Positions 8,876 to 14,533 of a stretch of 23,238 nucleotides of DNA are shown here, in pieces. The stretch comes from Oscillospiraceae bacterium (lineage in GTDB: Bacteria > Bacillota > Clostridia > Oscillospirales > Acutalibacteraceae). Within the stretch, counting starts at the first letter, position 1, and each line of letters opens with the position of its first letter. The translations under genes were made by a program, and so were the position numbers. Under the pieces are notes generated by a model. The model was not told where the DNA came from and ran no database searches. It saw only the letters and a list, made by a program, of their open reading frames with translations. The DNA lies in the NCBI GenBank assembly GCA_019417045.1, contig DXWE01000002.1:1-23238 (forward strand), read 5' to 3'.

Positions 8876-10180
8876 TCAGGCGGCGATTTGTTCCCGGACC
8901 AGCCGGATCAGCTCGGTATTCTCCTGGAAATGCCCTTTGGTGCGCAGGGGATTCCCCCATTTTTCCAGTATTTGCTCATAGGTGTCGGTATAGGGATCCA
9001 CGGCCGCGGGACTTCCCCACACCCAGAACCAGTTGCCCCAGTTGCCGGTGCCTCCCTTGTAGCTCCAGGTGGTCCAACTCAGACCGAGTTCCTCGCAGAT
9101 GGCGATCCCGTCCAGGTTGCTGAACTCGCCGACATACCCGGCCACCTTCCAGTCAGACACCGTGCGAAGGGTCTGCCGGGCGATATCGCGAAATGCGTCG
9201 GTCTCGTCGTACAAATGCACCTGATAGAGCATGTTGGTCCACCCGTAATCGGCGGGATCCGGCAGGTTTTCCGCCCGCCAGATGCCCTGCAGAGAGATCA
9301 CATGCGCCGGATCCACCTCCCGGATCGCGGCCACCAGCCGCGCATAGACCGCATTATACGAATCCCACGCCGCGGGATCCCAGGAATCCACATAATTCGG
9401 ATGGTCCTCAAACCCGCCGTTGTTCTGCGGCTCGTTGAGCACATCATACGCGGCCACCACGGGGCTGTCCTTATAGCGGGCCGCGATCGCCCTCCACAGG
9501 GACTCGGTGGCCAGCTGGCAGGTCTCATCGGTATACAGCCGGTTCTCGCCGAGCGTGCCACAGCAGTGGTTCAGGCTCTGTCCGCCCGGCGCGCCGTGCA
9601 GATCGAGGATCACATACATCCCGCGCTCACCGCACGCCTCGATCAGCCAGTCCAGCCGCAAAAACCCGGGATTCTCGTCGGGATTCTCGGAAATCCAGGT
9701 GCCCGTATCATCCGTCATGAAATTGCGGTACCAAAACGGCACGCGCACCACGTTGCAGCCGGTTTCGGCGATGAGATCCAGATCATATTCGGTGATCCAG
9801 TTGTCCTGATAGGTGTCAAAGAGCGTCTGGATCTGTTCTGCCGTAAACCCCCGCGATTCAAAGACCTCAATGGTGTCGAGATTGGCCCATTCCCCGTCTT
9901 CCCCCACGATCGGACACATCCAGTTCTCCTGGATCAGCCAGCCGCCGAGGTTCACCCCGCGCAGACGGACCGTCTCCCCGTTGCGGTTGACCAGCCGCGA
10001 CTCCTCCACCGAGAGGAAATCCTCATCGGTGATGTGCGCGGGCCGGGACGCCACCGGCCCCTGAGAAGGCGCGGACTCCTCCTGCGAGCCGGCCGGATCC
10101 GAGGCGCACGCCGAAAGCAGCAGCAGCCCGGCGGCGCAGATTGCCAAAACCCCTCTTTTCCACATCGAACGAACCTGCAT
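8876..10180 (-). CDS. GH5 glycoside hydrolase lipoprotein, 434 aa: lipobox signal peptide, catalytic module only, no CBM or dockerin
   Basis: The N-terminus 'MQVRSMWKRGVLAICAAGLLLLSAC' contains an L-L-S-A-C lipobox. The catalytic domain is about 70% identical by eye to the two downstream paralogs and carries the NEP and GEFSN motifs. RBS AAAGGAG lies 7 nt before the ATG. Confidence 0.8.
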   Translation of the reverse strand: MQVRSMWKRGVLAICAAGLLLLSACASDPAGSQEESAPSQGPVASRPAHITDEDFLSVEESRLVNRNGETVRLRGVNLGGWLIQENWMCPIVGEDGEWANLDTIEVFESRGFTAEQIQTLFDTYQDNWITEYDLDLIAETGCNVVRVPFWYRNFMTDDTGTWISENPDENPGFLRLDWLIEACGERGMYVILDLHGAPGGQSLNHCCGTLGENRLYTDETCQLATESLWRAIAARYKDSPVVAAYDVLNEPQNNGGFEDHPNYVDSWDPAAWDSYNAVYARLVAAIREVDPAHVISLQGIWRAENLPDPADYGWTNMLYQVHLYDETDAFRDIARQTLRTVSDWKVAGYVGEFSNLDGIAICEELGLSWTTWSYKGGTGNWGNWFWVWGSPAAVDPYTDTYEQILEKWGNPLRTKGHFQENTELIRLVREQIAA

Positions 10181-10226
10181 ACAGCACTCCTTTTTCTCAT
10201 AATCGGGATGTCAAAACAGCTCATAC

Positions 10227-10269
10227 ATCTTACCATATAGAAAAACGTTTTTCAATATAAAATTGAAAA
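10227..10269 (-). promoter_or_regulatory. Putative promoter of the GH5 operon: TTGAAA -35 (complement of 10250-10255), 17 bp, TAAGAT -10 (complement of 10227-10232). Overlapped by the palindromes GAAAAACGTTTTTC (10240-10253) and TTTTCAAT-ATAAA-ATTGAAAA (10249-10269).
   Basis: An AT-rich island sits in otherwise GC-rich DNA immediately upstream of the first GH5 gene. The hexamers and palindromes were read directly. Confidence 0.3.
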
Positions 10270-10432
10270 AACTGTATAGATACCCAACAATTTCACCAGA
10301 GTTCTGGGCAGCTTTTCCAAAAACGCACTTTCGTTTTTGTGAGGATTGCCGCCGGTTATTCCGTCATGAGCGGACATGTGCCTGCCGGTTTTACCGTGCC
10401 TTCCCCCGCTCTACTTTTTCCCGGGGAATGCA

Positions 10433-10465
10433 AAAGCTGTGTGCGGCAGACTGCCGCACACAGCT
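10433..10465 (-). terminator. Near-perfect 15-16 bp inverted repeat (AAGCTGTGTGCGGCAG / CTGCCGCACACAGCTT) downstream of floT. Probable terminator.
   Basis: It lies 16 nt after the floT stop on the minus strand. It is followed by TTTGCATTCC, a short U-tract. Confidence 0.5.
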
Positions 10466-10480
10466 TGTTGGGAATTTGGT

Positions 10481-11893
10481 TTATTGGGCGGATCCCTCGG
10501 ACACGTCCTTTTCGGCCGCGATCTCCCTGCCGAGGAACTCGGGAATCTGCAATCCCGCCATCTTGAACGTCTCGTTCAGCGGAGGAATGGATTTCATCAG
10601 GTTGCTCAGGAAGTTCGCGGTGGTGGAGCTGCCATTTTCGCCGTTCATGCTGTCCCACACGGTGACCTTGTCGATGTGGAGGTTCTTGACCGCCTCCACC
10701 TGGATCTTGGTCAGCTCCTCGATCTTGTCGACGAGCATCAGCTGCACGGCCTCGGCCGACCCGCCGGCCGCCTTGACAATCTCCTCAAACCCGGCCGCCT
10801 GCTTGGACAGGATCTCCTGCACGCCCCGCGCCTGCGCCTCCATCTTGGCATAGATGGCGTCCGCCTCGCCCTTGGCGAGCCGGCGGGCCTGTTCGGCCTC
10901 GGCTTCCGCCTCGAGCACCTTGCGCTCCTTCTCGATCCGGGCTTTGACGATGACATCCGCCTCTTGGGTGGCGAGTTCGCGGGCGGCACGCGCCTTTTCC
11001 GCGACCTCCTCGGCCGCATATGCCTCTTCGCGCGCCTTGGCCTCGGCGAGCTTTTCAGCGGTCACGGCACGGCGCAGGGCGTCGGCCTCCTGCTCGCGGC
11101 GGGTGGCATCGGACTGCGCGATCTCCGCCTTGGAGGTGTTTTCCCCGTCCACAGCCGTCGCGTTGGCCGCCGCCACCGAGATCCGCTGGTCGCGCACCGC
11201 GTTTGCCTCGCCGATGGAGCCCTCGCGGTTGCGCTCCGCCACCGAGATCCGGGCCTCATTGATGGCCTTGGCGGCCGCCTCTTTGCCGAGCGCCTCGATG
11301 TATCCCGATTCGTCGCTGATATCGGTCACGTTTACGTTGATCAGCCGCAGGCCGATCTTGCGCAGCTCGCTCTCCACGTTCGAGGACACCGCCGCCAGGA
11401 ATTTGTCGCGGTCGGTGTTGATCTCCTCGATCTGCATGGTCGCGATGATCAGGCGCATCTGGCCGAAGATGATGTCCTTGGCGAGATCCTGGATCTCCTG
11501 CGGACGCAGCCCGAGCAGCCGCTCGGCCGCGTTTTGCATGGTGCCCGGCTCGGTCGAGATCCCGACCGTGAACCGTGCAGGCACGTCGATCCGGATGTTC
11601 TGCCGCGACAGGGCGCTCTTGAGATCCACGCTCAGCGACATGGGCGTCAGATCGAGATACCGGTAATCCTGGATCACCGGCCACACAAAGGCCGCGCCGC
11701 CGTGAATGCACCGGGCACTGCGCGCGGTGCCGTCCTTGTTCAGCCCCACCTTACCGTAGATGACCATCACCTTGTCGGACGGGCACCGGCGATAGCGGCT
11801 CATCAGCCACATAAACAGGCCGAACACCACCAGCACCGCCGCCACAATGGCGACTACCCCCGCCACGGGGATGTTGAGCAACAACCCTCTCAT
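10481..11893 (-). CDS. floT: Flotillin (SPFH/band-7 family, FloT/YuaG-like), 470 aa
   Basis: N-terminal hydrophobic hairpin, an SPFH domain, then a long Ala/Glu-rich coiled-coil (EAEAEAEQARRLAKGEADAIYAK...) and C-terminal tail typical of bacterial flotillin-1-like proteins. RBS AAGAAGGAG. Confidence 0.85.
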   Translation of the reverse strand: MRGLLLNIPVAGVVAIVAAVLVVFGLFMWLMSRYRRCPSDKVMVIYGKVGLNKDGTARSARCIHGGAAFVWPVIQDYRYLDLTPMSLSVDLKSALSRQNIRIDVPARFTVGISTEPGTMQNAAERLLGLRPQEIQDLAKDIIFGQMRLIIATMQIEEINTDRDKFLAAVSSNVESELRKIGLRLINVNVTDISDESGYIEALGKEAAAKAINEARISVAERNREGSIGEANAVRDQRISVAAANATAVDGENTSKAEIAQSDATRREQEADALRRAVTAEKLAEAKAREEAYAAEEVAEKARAARELATQEADVIVKARIEKERKVLEAEAEAEQARRLAKGEADAIYAKMEAQARGVQEILSKQAAGFEEIVKAAGGSAEAVQLMLVDKIEELTKIQVEAVKNLHIDKVTVWDSMNGENGSSTTANFLSNLMKSIPPLNETFKMAGLQIPEFLGREIAAEKDVSEGSAQ

Positions 11894-11950
11894 GTTTCCG
11901 CACTCCTTCTTTTAGTTAAAATATTGTATAATTTCTTAAAATAATGCCCA

Positions 11951-12712
11951 TTATACCGGAATGACCACCAGGATATCTCCCGGCGCCACACCGATCACCC
12001 GTACCTGCCGACCGTTTTCGAGAGGCGCCCGGTCGGAGACGGCGTCAAAATCCAACAGCCGTTCCTGTACCATGACCGTGACCTTTCCCTTGCCTCCCTG
12101 TGGGATGGTGAGATACACCTCTCCCACCTGGCCAACGGCGTTGCGCACGTCCAGGTTGCCGCTCTGCTGGAGCTTCAACGCCGCCCTCATCAGCCAGGCG
12201 ACCAGGAACAACGCAAGCAATCCCGCCAGCAGCGCGATCGTGACCGCCAGCGCCGGATGCAGCCCGCTGTCGAGCGTGGCAATCGCGGTCCAGCTCCCAA
12301 TGCACAGGAACGCGACAACGCCGCGGAAGGTGAACCAGTGCAGACCGTGCGCGTGCTGCGCGCCCGGGTCGGGCGCGTCGGTTTCGGGGAAGACATCCGG
12401 CTGTCCGTCCCCGGTGGTATCCACACCGCCGTCCACCCAGACGCCGTCCGCATCGGCAGCACCGTCGCCGTTCAAATCGAAGCCACCGTCCACCTGAGCG
12501 CCGTCCGGCATGGCGCCGGCGTCAAAGTCCACACCGCCGACATCCGTACCGACCGCATCCCCTTCCATCCCGCCGCCGAACGCGTCGCCGGTGGTGTGAC
12601 CGAGTCCGATAAACATCAGGACCGTCTGGATGAGCAGCAACAGCGTCGCCGGAAAGGCGACGGCGTACAGCGCCTGGGACAGCGTCGACAGACTGTTCCA
12701 CCACTCCGTCAT
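11951..12712 (-). CDS. NfeD-like membrane protein (YuaF-type flotillin partner), 253 aa, with an ~90-aa Asp/Gly-rich insertion
   Basis: TM helices plus a C-terminal OB-fold (GEVYLTIPQGGKGKVTVMVQ...GRQVRVIGVAPGDILVV) characteristic of NfeD. It sits directly upstream of flotillin, as in B. subtilis yuaF-floT. It overlaps the upstream gene by 4 bp (ATGA). Confidence 0.75.
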   Translation of the reverse strand: MTEWWNSLSTLSQALYAVAFPATLLLLIQTVLMFIGLGHTTGDAFGGGMEGDAVGTDVGGVDFDAGAMPDGAQVDGGFDLNGDGAADADGVWVDGGVDTTGDGQPDVFPETDAPDPGAQHAHGLHWFTFRGVVAFLCIGSWTAIATLDSGLHPALAVTIALLAGLLALFLVAWLMRAALKLQQSGNLDVRNAVGQVGEVYLTIPQGGKGKVTVMVQERLLDFDAVSDRAPLENGRQVRVIGVAPGDILVVIPV

Positions 12713-13335
12713 TTCGCATCTCCCTCCTTTTCCGAGAGGGGTGCCGTCCCCTCTCCCTCTTCTTTAGTATGTTGAATCCTCTCTATATATAACGTCCTGG
12801 CAGACGCCATCAGCAGGGCCGCGCTGATATTCAGCAACATCAGCTCCAGCGCCGTCTGCAATCGGGATTTGGCATCCGGCACGGGGCCCGTATAGTCTTT
12901 CAGTTGCTGTTCCACCAGGTCGTGAATGGTCCGGTGTGTAATGGCCTCCTGCTGCTCCAGCCGGAGCAGCAGCCCGCCGACCAGGGAATACAGCTGCGGC
13001 TCGGGAATGATATCGTCCGCACGGCTGTCCACCCGGCCGTTGATAAAGCCCAGCAGCGTGACAATCTGGTCCAGCTGCATGGTCGGTCGGAGCAGGTTGA
13101 TGAGCAGAATCCGCGCCACCTGCTGCGCGCCATATTTCTTGTTGGTTGGGGCCTCCACCCATCCCCGCTTCACCCAGTTCTGGATGGTCGTCGCCGTCAG
13201 TCCGGTCATCTGTGAGACCTGAGAGAGCTGTAGTCCTCCCCCCGACACTGCGAGGATCGGCTCCAGCACGGAGAACAGATGGTCCTGCTGTCCCGGCGGC
13301 AGCGGGAGGATTGTGCCCGGCAATACCGTTTGCAT
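12709..13335 (-). CDS. DUF1836-type, MerR-like HTH protein (putative transcriptional regulator), 208 aa
   Basis: 'LQLSQVSQMTGLTATTIQNWVKRGWVEAPTNKKYGAQQVARILLINLLR' matches the MerR-type HTH plus wing pattern. RBS AGGAGG lies 6 nt upstream. It is the first gene of the nfeD-floT operon. Confidence 0.6.
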   Translation of the reverse strand: MQTVLPGTILPLPPGQQDHLFSVLEPILAVSGGGLQLSQVSQMTGLTATTIQNWVKRGWVEAPTNKKYGAQQVARILLINLLRPTMQLDQIVTLLGFINGRVDSRADDIIPEPQLYSLVGGLLLRLEQQEAITHRTIHDLVEQQLKDYTGPVPDAKSRLQTALELMLLNISAALLMASARTLYIERIQHTKEEGEGTAPLSEKEGDAK

Positions 13336-13392
13336 ATGCGTCCTCCTTTCCGTTTTTAGAGTTCTTCTGTCTCTCTTGATAAGTTCATTTGC

Positions 13393-13422
13393 ATTGTATC
13401 ATAAGTTCATATGAACTTCAAA
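13393..13422 (-). promoter_or_regulatory. Promoter of the DUF1836-nfeD-floT operon: TTGAAG -35 (complement of 13416-13421), 17 bp, TACAAT -10 (complement of 13393-13398). A 16-bp perfect palindrome AAGTTCATATGAACTT (13403-13418) fills the -35/spacer.
   Basis: Hexamers and palindrome were read directly. An additional ATAAGTTCAT direct repeat lies at 13379-13388, downstream of the -10. Confidence 0.4.
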
Positions 13423-13522
13423 TGGCGTCCAGCTGACTCTTTTGTACTTCTTTGTCAAACCAAGGGGATTATCTCCTTTTATCTCCGCTTTTCTGCCTCT
13501 TATCGCTGATTTTCTCTGTTTC

Positions 13523-13551
13523 TTGCGTCTTTTGTCTGTTTTTGATATACT
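13523..13551 (+). promoter_or_regulatory. Putative folK promoter: TTGCGT, 17 bp, TATACT, within a T/C-rich leader
   Basis: Hexamers lie 23 nt upstream of the RBS GAGGAG and the ATG at 13574. Confidence 0.3.
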
Positions 13552-13573
13552 GTCCTTAATAGAGAGGAGAGCG

Positions 13574-14062
13574 ATGGAAATGCAGGTTTTGATCGGATTG
13601 GGCAGCAATCTGGGGGAGGATCCCGCACAGACGCTTTGCCGGGCACGGGAGGCACTCGACCGGCTGCCGGGCACACAGGTGCAGCGGGTATCCAGTCTGT
13701 ATCGCACCCGGCCGGTCGGCTATGATGACCAGCCCTGGTTTGTCAACCAGGTGGCAGAGCTGTGCTCCGGGCTGTCCCCGCATGCGCTGCTGGGCGCATG
13801 CCTCGGGATTGAGGCGGCGTTCGGCCGGGTGCGGAGCTTTCCCAACGCGCCGCGGGTGCTGGATCTTGATCTGCTGCTGGCCGAAGGTGTGCAGTTGCGG
13901 GATCCGGAGCTCATCCTGCCTCACCCCCGCATGGGAGAGCGCGGGTTTGTGCTCGTCCCGCTCGCCGAGCTGTTTCCGGACCGCACCGTATATGGTTATA
14001 ATTTTCGGGATGCCCTTGCCCGGTGTGATGTCACGGGGGTCGAGCGGCTCGCCGCTGTGTGA
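13574..14062 (+). CDS. folK: 2-amino-4-hydroxy-6-hydroxymethyldihydropteridine pyrophosphokinase (HPPK)
   Basis: 162 aa. 'VLIGLGSNLG', 'RTRPVGYDDQPWFVNQV' and 'RVLDLDLL...LILPHPRMGERGFVLVPLAEL' are HPPK signature blocks. The true start is the ATG at 13574 with RBS GAGGAG. Confidence 0.85.
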   Translation: MEMQVLIGLGSNLGEDPAQTLCRAREALDRLPGTQVQRVSSLYRTRPVGYDDQPWFVNQVAELCSGLSPHALLGACLGIEAAFGRVRSFPNAPRVLDLDLLLAEGVQLRDPELILPHPRMGERGFVLVPLAELFPDRTVYGYNFRDALARCDVTGVERLAAV

Positions 14063-14083
14063 ATGCCCCGTTTCCGTCATTTG

Positions 14084-14173
14084 CACCCGTGTTCCGTCTC
14101 GCGATCCACACCCGTGTCCTGTCCCGCCGCCGGCGCCCATATCCCCATCACGCGATCCACACCCGTGTCCTGT
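14084..14173 (+). repeat. Three copies of the direct repeat CAC(A)CCCGTGTYCYGT. Two copies share the extended 23-bp unit CGCGATCCACACCCGTGTCCTGT (14100-14122 and 14150-14172).
   Basis: Read directly. A second repeat pair CTGCYGGGCCCATCCYGT lies at about 14352-14392. Confidence 0.5.
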
Positions 14174-14467
14174 TCCACCCGCCTGTCCTCACTCCGCCTT
14201 TGCCAGCCACTGTTTTTGACTTTTCCACTCTGCCGCCGGACCCTCCTTCCCGGCCCGGCTCTTTTGATCTGCCGACGTCTGGACTCTTCGCCGCAACCCG
14301 TCCACCCGCCGCCTGCCCGTTGTCCTCAGCCGTGAGCCGGCACGGCTCATCCGGAGTCTATCTGCCGGGCCCATCCCGTATCTGCTGGGCCCATCCTGTC
14401 GCCTGCCCCTGGTGTGCACCCCGTACTCCCTCTTTGTCCCTTGTTGGCTTTCTCTTTGCCCCGCCAT

Positions 14468-14496
14468 TTGACAGAGTGGGACAGGTGTTGTATACT
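14468..14496 (+). promoter_or_regulatory. Putative aconitase promoter: TTGACA, 17 bp, TATACT
   Basis: Consensus -35 with a good -10, 38 nt upstream of the ATG at 14534. RBS AAAGGAAAGG. Confidence 0.4.
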
Positions 14497-14533
14497 TAGA
14501 CAATGGATTTGAAAGGAAAGGCTGTGAGCACGC

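Noticed and set aside
4199-10240. Long plus-strand ORFs (4199-5320, 5423-6841, 7836-8981, 8759-10240) opposite the GH5 genes
   Set aside because: All are antisense shadows of the three GH5 CDSs with low-complexity R/P/G/H-rich translations. They have no RBS or recognisable domains.
10240-10253. GAAAAACGTTTTTC considered as a CcpA cre site
   Set aside because: It has one extra nucleotide per half-site relative to the cre consensus TGWAANCGNTNWCA. I keep it as a generic palindromic operator candidate only.
11911-11930. TTGTATAAT extended -10-like sequence on the plus strand in the nfeD–floT gap
   Set aside because: There is no plus-strand gene downstream; only an antisense shadow ORF. On the minus strand it may contribute a weak internal floT promoter (TACAAT), but that is speculative.
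10376-11944. 522-aa plus-strand ORF opposite flotillin, plus the 270-aa, 151-aa and other internal ORFs
   Set aside because: They are antisense to the floT gene, which has a clear SPFH/coiled-coil product. Their composition is low-complexity.
14059-14499. 146-aa Pro/Ser/Cys-rich plus-strand ORF (and the overlapping 90-aa ORF at 14063) in the folK–aconitase spacer
   Set aside because: There is no RBS. The start overlaps the folK stop by chance. The translation is low-complexity and merely mirrors the CT-rich DNA repeats, so I treat the region as non-coding.
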